A stretch of DNA of 64,000 nucleotides from Rhizophagus irregularis (taxonomy: Eukaryota). Shown here piece by piece: positions 53,176 to 64,000 of the stretch. Position 1 is the first letter of the stretch. Each line of letters opens with the position of its first letter. The position numbers and the translations under genes were made by a program. Under the pieces are notes generated by a model. It was not told where the DNA came from. It worked only from the letters and a program-made list of their open reading frames with translations, and ran no database searches. The stretch is taken from assembly GCF_026210795.1 (NCBI RefSeq), contig NC_089434.1, forward strand, positions 372,001 to 436,000, written 5' to 3'.

Positions 53176-53799
53176 TAATTTATGGACAAACCGCAGCATC
53201 AAAATGATCACATGTTTTAAAGCTGCACGTTGATATTATTATTTATTATTATTGAAAATATATGAATAGCGGCAATTCAACTTTAATAAGTCGAAATTTA
53301 GGCCATAGGAGTTAGTACACTACGAAACATCAGTATTCATTAAGATAAATTAACATCTACAAATCATTCAGAGTCAGCAAAACTTTTATCATGAATTTTG
53401 TTGATATTAGTGATAAATCATAAACAATGAAAACATCAATTCAATCTAATCTTTAGTAGTACAACGGTGATAACGAAGAATGTTCGATCTTTCTCTGACA
53501 ATGGTAACGAATAATGATAAATTAGTTATAATGATTTAAGTTGGATTATCATTTTACTAAAAAAGGATTTCATTTATATAATTCATTTATTTATATTCGA
53601 TTATTCGGAAAAACGATTTATTTGAAAAAATAGGTTTGAAACCATACCATTTACTTATTTAATCGTCATTGTAAGTCAAAATATTATGTAGATCCTTAAT
53701 ATTTTCTGATAATTTCAGGCGACATTAAAAAAATCTGGATTCCTGGATGCACAAATGCCGATTTCTTGTTACGTATAACAAGGGGTATTTAAAATTCAT

Positions 53800-54400
53800 A
53801 AGTATTACAAGGGCGGATCTTTATTCCGCGCACGAGTGGGCTAGAAAAATTGTAACTTTGCTAGTAATTATTTACTAATAAATTTATAAGCATTACAAGG
53901 AAAGGAACAAATTTTATTCCGCGTCAGCTGATTAAAATTATAAATTGTACAAAGAAGGAAAAATTTTAACTCCGTGTCAGCTGATTAAACATGAGAGTAT
54001 TACAAGAAAGGATCAAAATTTTATCTATTCCGCTCCCATGACGGCTTGTGGAAACGTAAATTCCGTAAAATTATCTTTTTATTTATAGATAATCAATATA
54101 CTACAAAGGAGGATTATTCAACGCCACGAACAGGTCAAGGAAATCTCGTAAACTTTCTTAAAAATTGTCTTCTATTAAATTTATAAATAATGAAATTGGG
54201 TCAAATATTTTATTCCGCGCTCAAGTCTATTGGTTAGCATTTCTACAATTCAGATATTTATTTCGCGTCAACTGATTAAATATGAAATATTACAAAGTTT
54301 TTTTATTTCACGCCCATGATATTTCGCGTCAGCTGATTAAATATAAAGTATTACAGTCAAGGTTATTCCGCGCCCATGATAGGACATGGGAACGTAAACT
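53800..54400 (+). promoter_or_regulatory. Cluster of ~9 degenerate TACAA...TTATTCCGCG motifs upstream of the ML gene
   Basis: Copies near 53803, 53892, 53947, 53998, 54101, 54209, 54243, 54288, 54349, several followed by GTCAGCTGATTAAA or CCCATGA. Confidence 0.45.
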
Positions 54401-54684
54401 TCCATAAAAATTGGTTATTGTAAATAGATTAGATGTAGATTTTTGTAATAAAATATCCAAAAAGTAAAGTATCATGGCGGTAATCTTTGAAATAATTACT
54501 ATTTGTGGAAGTTATCTAATTCAAAATGAATAACCAAAAGTGAAGCTCAAAAGTGCTCACACTAATCTCAAAATAATTAAAGGATTTCTTATAAAAAGGC
54601 AACGATTTCACCTTATCATGACCATTAGCTTTTCCAACTGAAATTGCTTATAGTCATACACTTACCTAAAAATCAATCAAAATC

Positions 54685-55128
54685 ATGAAGCAAAATTATA
54701 TTTTTGTAATCGTTTTATTAGCTACACTTTCATTAATCAATGCTTTTCCGCATCAACTTCAAGAAAGAGACACTACTTTTGTTCCATGCCCTTCAGGATC
54801 TCCAAATCCAATCAAAGTAACAGTTAAACCTGATCCTCCACCAGTTACTGGATCCTTCGTTCTAAACGTTTCCGGAACACTAAAGACTGGTGTCATCTCC
54901 GCAGGTTCCAAACTTGTTGTTAAAGCTATAGGTGATGATGGTGAACTTTTGGATGATCCTATAGTCTATGATATGTGTGAATCATTGACATGCCCAACTA
55001 AGTATTTTGATGTTGTAGCATATCTTAAATCAAAAAACTTGCTTCCAACATTCAGTATCATAGTTCAAGTTTTGAGTGCTTCTGGTAAAACTTTAGGATG
55101 TTCTATAGGCACTGTTACTGGCGCTTAA
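54685..55128 (+). CDS. Secreted MD-2-related lipid-recognition (ML/NPC2-like) protein
   Basis: Signal peptide, FVPC...VTVKPDP, DMC..LTCP, LGC C-terminal pattern; 147 aa. Confidence 0.85.
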   Translation: MKQNYIFVIVLLATLSLINAFPHQLQERDTTFVPCPSGSPNPIKVTVKPDPPPVTGSFVLNVSGTLKTGVISAGSKLVVKAIGDDGELLDDPIVYDMCESLTCPTKYFDVVAYLKSKNLLPTFSIIVQVLSASGKTLGCSIGTVTGA

Positions 55129-56207
55129 CTAATTTTTTTATGGTCTTTCTTTTTTGAATATAATTTTATATAGTCTTAACTGAATCTTACCAAATTTTTA
55201 AATTTGAAACAAAGTTCACTTTTAATTATGAATTTAGTTATTACAATTTGTACCATTTTTTTTATTCCTTATATTTTATAGTATTTTATTTATTTATTTT
55301 TTGTTGTATCAAAGCAAAAAAAGTTTTTAAATAAATATTATTATTATTATCGCTATTTATATATTATTTAGGATGTCTCCATTAAAGAATTGATAATTTA
55401 AAATTAAAGTTTATTAAATATTCATTAAGTAAAAATCATATGAATTTATTTATAATACTGTTCTTATATTACGCAGTCAGTCATTGATGACGGAAAGGAA
55501 GAAGTATTTTTTTTCTCATCATATAATTCAATTAATATATTTATTTAGGTCGATTATTGAATAATTAAATCAAAAATCGTAATTTATTTTATTTTTTTTT
55601 TTGTCATGACGATGATAAATTTTTTGACTGATATTGAAAAATTTCATGAATGGAACCAATTTAAAATAACCGAGAATATTCTAATACAAAAAGAAAATTT
55701 GTTATAAATTACAGATAAAATATTCTGATATCTATTTAAATTTTTGTACCGATTGTCGAAATAAAAGCGCCATAAAAATGTATAGAATTCACAGATTCGA
55801 CCAATTTTTTAAATCAAATCCCGGAAATATTTCAATTTCGATTTCTTGACGCAAAATTTTGCTGAAAATATATTGCGTTACGTATATAATCACAATCACA
55901 TGACTTAGTCCCTATAAAAAATGTTTATCCATGATTTCTCCGGGACTTTCGTAAAAATTCCGTGAAAATGATACATTCATGGATAATCCGTGAAAATTTC
56001 CATGATTTAAAGCTATAAATTGAGTATTATAAGAAACCATTCAATTTATTATTTTTACTAAAAAAGTCATAACTAAGAGAATTCTGTAGAAATGTAGAAT
56101 TATAATTATCTTTTTTTTTTAATCATGTAATGATAGAGGTTTAAATAAAATATGTGGTTTAATAAAAAAAAATTTAAATGAAAGAAATTATTACGTAGCA
56201 ATTTAGT

Positions 56208-58514
56208 TTTATTTTTATTTTTATTATATAGACTCTGGATCCGGGACTACAAGCAACTGCTAGCAGACCGAAATACATAATAACGATACAAAACTAAGCT
56301 AATGCGAGTTCGCCCAATCCTCTAGGAAACTGGGGAGGAACCGCCAAGCCTTTTTTCATTCGAATCCTAGGCAAAGCCGGATCAACCCATCGAACCAGAC
56401 GCAGAAAAAAAAGAAACATTAAATGAAGAAGTAAGAAATCTATATTATAATACTTTGAAATAACGAAAAATATTCTATATATGGTAAAAGTGAATTATAA
56501 AAAGATTGTCTATTAATAAAAGTAGTCCAACCACCCATATGTAAATAATTCGACGTTGTAATGATGATCCATCTAGGGAAAAAATGGTCATTAGGTTTTT
56601 GTACTCCAAAGTATCGAATACATCATATCGATTCTGCTGATCACGTGTTCTAGTGATGCAACGTTGGACCGTAGATTGTAACGGTTGGGATAATGATGGG
56701 ATATCAAAGATTGAGAATTCTTGTGAGCATTCTTACGTTTGTTGAGGGTGCGGCGCTTAGCACGGCGCATTTTAGATTTTTTTGTGTGAATTCCTTGACG
56801 TTTCTCCCATGCGGTCATGGATTCTGTGTGACGTTTCCTAACGATCGTGTAAAATTGGTTTCGAACCAGCAACATAATATCCATAACGATGGAATTAGTA
56901 TGTGAAGATTTTCGCGTATGAGGGTGTATTAAATCTATTAAAGATTGAGAAACAATATTGTGAATGATAAGGTAAATAGGATGTGTTACATCCACTATAC
57001 TAGGTTGTAAAATAGTCGCAGCATCCAAATCTCGTGGTGAGGTAGAGTTGGTGAAAAGGTGTTCATTCTGCCGATAATCGCTGATATATGAGTTGTTTGA
57101 TTTCGACCAAAATGTCGTTTAAAGGTTGTATAAATTCCGGGAAAAAGCCCAAGTGACAATTTGTATCATCTTTGTGTCCACAAACGGGACATTTGATAGG
57201 TAAATCAACCGAAGTGTATAATGAGCGAACATCACCACACGGCAAAATTTTGATTTTGAAAGATGTTTTCTTGGACTTTTCTGAACTACAGCAGTAGGAA
57301 GTGGCATTATAATGCATCCAGGATCAGTAGATGAATGATTCGTAAATAATGGTTGTAATTTGAGTTAGTAGTAAAAGAATCAAAAGTAATAGCATCGATA
57401 ATGTTGTGACAAAATTTTCTAAGGTCACGATCAATAGATCCAATAGAATCCCACAATGGTATCATCGTGGATTTAGAATTGATGATAATAGGTGAAGCAT
57501 CTAGACCTTTAGTAGCTTCCGCATCAGCAAGGTCATTATAAGTATCACCTGAGTGCGCTTTGACTTTGTGAAAGAGAGGTTAATAGATTTTTTGTTGACA
57601 AGATGTTTAATAACTCGCCATATTTGGTGAATTTTCAGAACCTGTCTAATTGAGGTAAGGCAGTCGTTAACACGTCGAAATGTATTAATGCAGTTCATGG
57701 AATCTGTGTAAATCGAAACATCTGAGTTGTAAGGGCACGCTAAAACGGCCGTTAGGATAGTAAAACTTTCCGCTTTAGTTGAAGAAGGTGTCAGAATTGT
57801 ACTTCCATAAAAAGTGTAAAGAGGATTATTGTCAGTTCGGTCTATGTTAATCCATCCAAAACCCATATTAGTGGTTTTATGTGTGTTAAGGTTATTAGAC
57901 GTTAAGCCAGGCGGGCGTAATGCATCATCTATATAAAAGTTAAGATTCTGTCTACTTGAAAGAAGGTCTGTTAAGGACAAGAGTTTATTAATAGTATTGG
58001 AATCACCCAAGAGAAAAGTTTGAATATCTGCTATCGCAGGGTTTGTTTGTATAGAAGTACCGCTGTAGTCGACGTCGATATTAAGAGAAGTCGAAGGGCG
58101 ATTCGGAGAGTTCATTTTGTAGATATTGAAGGCGCTGGCTCTTAACGTAACCAGTGATTGTTGTAAGAAAATACAGTTTTTCGGTAAAAGTGATATGTTG
58201 AGTTTTGTAAGATTTGCCGTGAACGTCAATTTTATATAATTGAAGATCTCTATAATAAGGAATATGTAAATTGCAATCATTACATGGCTTGAGGATTGGG
58301 ACATAATGTTGTGGTGTATGTTAATTAAGGATATCTTCAGAACTACATGAGGAATAAAGTGTTCTCTGTAAGTAATAGAACAACAATTAATCTCGTTGAC
58401 TTGTCGATAGTTTTTCCATAGATAACATCGTTATCTGGAAGTGACCAAGAGCTTGTCCATTCATTTTTCGGACGATGGTGTAATTTGTTAACAATTTTCG
58501 GATGTATGTATGAA
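56208..58514 (-). mobile_element. 5'-truncated, frameshifted non-LTR retrotransposon with RNase H and zinc finger
   Basis: SSTKAE, IYTDS and shifted KVKAHSG RNase H motifs; CPVC...H; (TTTTA)n tail; 13-bp TSD GTAGCAATTTAGT/GTAACAATTTAGT (56195-56207, 58515-58527). Confidence 0.85.
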
Positions 58515-58762
58515 GTAACAATTTAGTGTAATAATAAATAAGGAATAGATCAGGCGCAAGTATGTCACGGGGTTTTCATTTTGATCCGTATTTTATATTT
58601 CCATTTTCACGGATATAATATTTCTTAGCTTATAATTTGTTATCTGATAAATTTTAAGTTATCATATCAGTAAATACATAGTATAGCTTTCAACCTTTTA
58701 TGAATTAATATACTAATTAAATTATTAAAATTTTTGATGTTGATTTTGATTCTTCTATTATA

Positions 58763-59431
58763 CACAGTGAAATTCGATATAACGGAATTTATTAGTAAAT
58801 TCTCGATAATGGCTATAACGGAACAAATAACGAATCAGTTATATTTAAAAATTATTCGATTTACCGGATCACGTGACGATTCACGGTTTTAAAACCAATA
58901 AAATTAGCAGCAAGTATGATGACCTTTTAAAGAAATTTTAGTGGAATACGCAAGCTTTGAAGACTCAGATGAAATTTTTTTGACTAGGAATGTTGAAAAT
59001 ATTGAATATTGAACACTTTATAAGGTTGTAATATAAATAGAATTTCCTAAATAAGATTGTTTGTTTGGAAATATTAATATATGTGAAACCCCTAAAAATA
59101 AATCGAAATCTTTTTTTTTACAATTTAATCACGAACTTTTTTATTGAAAATATGTCTAATAGTGAAGTAAGAAAAGCAAAAACAGGGTAGGATAGATGTT
59201 TTTTTTAAGTTTTAGTTAATTTCAATGTATAAAATTTCTCAAATAATGTTTTAAATAAAAAAATAATCTAAATTTTCAATGTTCCTCACAAATAAAAACT
59301 TGATATAACGGAATTTCATATGATTTATATATAAAATCCGGTATATCGAAATTTTTTGATATATCGGAAGTCTCGATATACCAGATATGTTTACTGGAAT
59401 GGATGGTTCCGTTATATCGAATTTCACTGTG
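58763..59431. mobile_element. Tc1/mariner (pogo-like) MITE
   Basis: TIR CACAGTGAAATTCGATATAACGGAA; TA TSD; internal GATATAACGGAA repeats. Confidence 0.88.
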
Positions 59432-59823
59432 TATTAAGAAAAAAAAGATTAATATTCGATGGTAGTACAAATTATCAAGTATTCAATAAAAATTTTTTTT
59501 TCTCAAAAAAAAAAAGTAATAAACAACAATACTTTTAAATTATCGAACGTTCTCCAATCTTATTACAAATTATTAAAATTTATTCGCGATATTAGACTTA
59601 ACCATAGTAAAGTTAATAAAATTAATAATATTACACATAATAATAAAATTGGATAGGTTCCATACTAATTAAATTAGTGAGTAGTGATTCAATTTCCATT
59701 AATTTTTATAATTATTGTTATGTATCTATATAATTAAAAACAATCTCGCTAAAAAAAAATTCGTTAATATCAAAAAAAAATTTCACTCAAATTTATTAGT
59801 CGGAAATAAGAGTATATATTTTC

Positions 59824-60277
59824 ACAATTGAGTCTACAGAGGATGCAGAGTATAATTTACTGGTTAATACTATATAATTATGCTAATTTTATGCAATACT
59901 TACAAAACTTTATAGTATAGTAACAAAATATAGTATTTTAATTATTTTATGATTTGCGCAGAGTTTACTTCATCATAATTGAATTTAAATCATCTGAAAT
60001 TCGACCACTAACATTACAGTATTAATATGCTGATGTGCGTTACACAAAAAAAATTGTAAAAAAAATTTTCAAGTATTTCAAGAACAGTATTTTCGGATAT
60101 ATCCTTGTGTATTTTAATATTTGTATATGATGTGATATTTATCTGAGTATTCATGTATACTCAGCAAAAAATACTGAGTTTTGCAGTTCATAATTTTGCG
60201 AAACCAGACCAAAATCACGCTATACTGAACTCAGCTGACAATATACTAAACTCAGCTAGGCAAGTAGACTCAATTGT
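59824..60277. mobile_element. MITE-like element
   Basis: 14-bp inverted ends ACAATTGAGTCTAC; TSD unclear. Confidence 0.55.
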
Positions 60278-61359
60278 AAAAGGAATTACCGCGGAAATAA
60301 TATTGAAAAAAACAATCTAAATAAACAAAAATAGTTCTCAAAAGTTCTCACTAAGTCAAAAAAATTTTCACGCGAATTTATTAGTCAGATCTCACTAAAT
60401 ATCGAAAAAGCCGTAGGACATAGTTCTATAGTGATCCAAACCAAAAAGAATAAACTATATTTTTGGGTTAAAAAAATTAAAAAGTTCCAAAAATTTTGAT
60501 AAATTCCGATTAAAAAAAAAATCCCCTAAAAAAAAATCCAATAAAAATAAAACAAAAAAAAAGTATAAGAAAAAAATTTGGTGAAGTTAACCAAAAGAAA
60601 CAATAATAATAAAAAGAGGGATAAAAAAATTAGGTAGTTTCGGTTTTACGGTAAAACTGAAAATAAAAAAAATTATTATTATAGAAATGGTCAGTCATGG
60701 TAAGTGGTAACTAAGTATACTTTTTTTTGTTAGTATTAATCTATCAGAATAAAAAAAAATCCATTTAAAATTTTAATTAACCGGAAATGTATTAGTTTAA
60801 AGATCGGTTATCGTAGTCAGTTAATTATGATAAATACGCAAGAATATCACATTTTTCAACATTACGCAATTCAAATTATTTATACAGGGTAATCTAAATA
60901 TGACAATTTTTTAATTTTTTTAATTAGATAAGTTTACTTTTACGAAGTCGATTCAAGTTGGCTCAAGTCAGTTCAAGTCGGTTCAAGTCAGTTTGAGTCT
61001 GCCCAGACTGAACCAAGCTGAGAACCGTAAGCCGACACCAAAACTGTGCTTGAGTCGCTGGAGTTTCCTTATCCCTACTTAGTACGTCTCACGCAGCAAT
61101 GAAAGAAATTTTTTTTTGGCGCAGAATTCTATATCGATTGTATTTGAAATTTAAATTTTGAACTTTTATAAAACTGAACATGCATTTCTTTTTATTTAAT
61201 TAAAATTTTGATTATTCTGATGCTCGTATTCTTTGGGAAAAATTAAATTCATTTAAATAACTCAATCAGAAATAAATAAAAATTTGAATTAAATAAAACA
61301 AGTAATTTGAAACGAGAAGTTTATATACAAGAAAGTTTCATCATATTCTGAAAAAAAAA

Positions 61360-61800
61360 TGCAATAAAAGGTATTTTTATAATATTCTAAAATATTAATG
61401 TTAATAGGGTTTTTTATAATTTAAATAATAATAGAACAAGGAGTTATATATAAATGATGAAAAAACTTCATTATAATTATTTATTTATATACTGTAATAC
61501 CTAATATCATGTAAAATCTTTAATACCGATAAGTATTTATTAAGATTAATATAAATAAATCTTTGTTTCTAGTTGAAGATTCAGGTAATTAGAAAAGGTA
61601 ATTTTGTTTTGCACAAACATTATTATTTTTTATAGATGGTATTATTAAAAGAATTTAATGAACAAATTAACTCAAAGAATGACAAGTGTAACGATAAAAT
61701 GAAAATATTTATCATTTATTGTTTTTTATTATAGATGAACATAATAACGCATAATGATTTGAACTTTATTCGGAAGAGAAAGTTAAACTTGCTTATGAGA
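61360..61800 (+). pseudogene. Decayed 3' tail exons of a TKL kinase
   Basis: AG|AACAAG, AG|TTGAAGATT, AG|ATG...TTTAATGAA and TTCGGAAGA resemble, in order, the small exons at 45269-45945. Confidence 0.55.
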
Positions 61801-62796
61801 AGCTGCCAACTACATTTTCTTCTTGATAGTTTTAAAGGAGATCCTGTTTTTCTTCGATCACTTCATTATAAAAATTGATATTTTTTTTTCCAAAGATCTC
61901 AAAAAACAACACAGATTTAGAGGTAAATTCCATAATAAAACGAAAAAAGTTATTTAATAGTTAATAAATTAAAAAAAAATAAAATAAAACAGATAAAAAT
62001 AAAAAATAAGAAATTTTAAACTATCGCGTACAATGTAGCATGAAGAATCACCAAATTACTATAGAAAAATAACTATAAAATAAGAATATATTAAAAATTA
62101 ATAAATATAATAAAATAAGTTTTGCTCTTTTATAGAAACTAATTTTTTTTTTTAAAAAAAAAGAAAAGGCCACTTACGATAGTAAATACAGTTTTTTTTG
62201 CATTTTGCGCAAAATCTGACTGAATAACCATTATTATAAGCTTAGAAAAACTTTTTCTTCTCATAATTTTACATATATTACTACTGTTAAAACTATAAAT
62301 TTCTTCCTATCTCAACTTAGATATTGAAAAAAAGCTAGTTTTTAAAGCGATTTCAGTTTTCAGTACTTGTGAAAAAAATTTTTTATTTAACAAAAATGTG
62401 CAAAATGTTCCGATTAATGTTGCACAAAATTGGTTAATATGAAAATGATCTGCGTGTGACATTTCCGGTGACTGATATAAAAAAATTTTTAGTCGACATT
62501 ATCTCTTTCCTATATGATGATGTTTTTAAAGAACAAAACGTAAATTTATAATGAAATAGTGCAATTTTTGTAATGTCCAAGAAAAATATCGAGAAAAAAT
62601 ATATAACTACTGATAAAACTTAATAAATTTACAATCGTTTTTAATAAATCTCGATATAGTGGTTGATCTGCCAATTCTGCCATGGCGTAATATTTTGTTA
62701 CACCTAACCGCTAATTTAATCAAATGCCGATCACGAAAATGAACCTTCTTTTCTACAAATTTCTTAGTTTATAAAAAGATAATATAAAATTGCATT

Positions 62797-64000
62797 ATGT
62801 CTAATATTCGAAAAGAAGTAGTTAATGCAGCACTTAATAGAACATTTGCATTATTAGATACTACTATTCATAATAATATACATAAACATTTTGAATTTCG
62901 AAAACAAACACTTCTTGCTGATAAATCTCTTACAGAAGATGAAAAAACTGAGGCAATAAAAAAAATAACTGAAACTTATGATAGAACTAAAATTCTTCAT
63001 AATTCAGGAACAAAAAGAATTTGTGAGAATTGTAATCAAGAATGTTTGGCTACATTATTTTGTGAATATTGTGTTCGAAATTATTTAAAAGCAAATTTTT
63101 CAAATTGGACGTCTGGAAATGATAATATTGATAACTTAATACAAAAATGTCAATCAGAAACACTCTTTACGAATAAGATAATTGAATGGATACCATATAA
63201 TAATTTACAAAATATTAGTTACCTAACAGAAGGTGGATTCTCTAAAGTTTATACAGCAAATTGGATTGATGGAAGATATAAAGTATGGAATTCTAAAGAA
63301 CAGGAATTAGAAAGATCTGATCGTAATTTAAATGTAATACTTAAAAGATTAGAAAATATTAATGCAAATCAAAGTTGGTTTGAAGAGGTTTGTATTTCAA
63401 AAATGTATAATTAGAAGTTCTTAATATAAAAATTTTTTAATAAATTGTTTTTTTTTTATAGGCTAAATCACACTTAACTGTAAGTAGTAAATGGCCACGT
63501 GTTGTTGACTGTTATGGTTTAACACAAGATCCGTCAAATGGAAATTTCATGCTTGTATTAAATAAAATGGATGTAAATTTAAGAGAATATTTACAACAAA
63601 ATCATAATCAACTTACATGGAAAGAAAGGATTCAAATTACAACTGATATAATTTATGCACTTGGTGATATTCATGAGGAGAATGCAATTCATAGAGATTT
63701 GCATTCTGGAAATATATTATATAAAAAAAGAAATCAGGATTGGTATATTAGTGATTTTGGATTTTGTGGCCCTGCAGACAAACCATTAAAAAGTATATAT
63801 GGAAATCTTCCTTATATAGCACCTGAGGTTATTGCTGGAAAACAGGCTACAAAAGCATCTGATATTTATAGTTTTGCTATGCTTATGTGGGAAATTTCAT
63901 CTGGACAACCACCATTTCTTAATTGCAAACATGATTGTGATCTTATATTGAATATTATTAATGGAATAAGACCAAGAATAGTATCAGGAACCCCTTTAGA
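62797..64000 (+). CDS. TKL-family protein kinase (partial), paralog of 43715-46054
   Basis: Exons 62797-63387 and 63462 to window end; same first-intron position as the paralog; HRDLHSGN, SDFG, APE. Confidence 0.9.

Noticed and set aside
60950..61010. 10-bp TTCAAGTCAG repeats
   Set aside because: Probably a subterminal remnant of a transposon; no boundaries found

Overview
Very AT-rich, intron-rich eukaryotic DNA. The expanded tyrosine-kinase-like (TKL) kinases, HMG-box gene, ML-domain gene and repeat types point to an arbuscular mycorrhizal fungus (Glomeromycota, Rhizophagus-like); this is an inference. The window holds four TKL kinase genes (one cut by the window end) and two kinase remnants. 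It also has a secreted repeat protein, an HMG-box protein, an ML/NPC2-like protein, three non-LTR retro-insertions, about a dozen MITEs, Helitron termini and possible solo LTRs. The standout is the kinase at 7581-11510. What looks like an AT-rich minisatellite at 8.0-10.1 kb reads as 21 consecutive 3-nt microexons (AG|NNN|GTAAGT) plus a 1-nt exon. Together they join a myristoylation-type N-terminus (MGQCIG) in frame to the kinase domain. The array appears to grow one codon at a time by intron+exon duplication. All of this is read by eye from genomic DNA and needs transcript confirmation.
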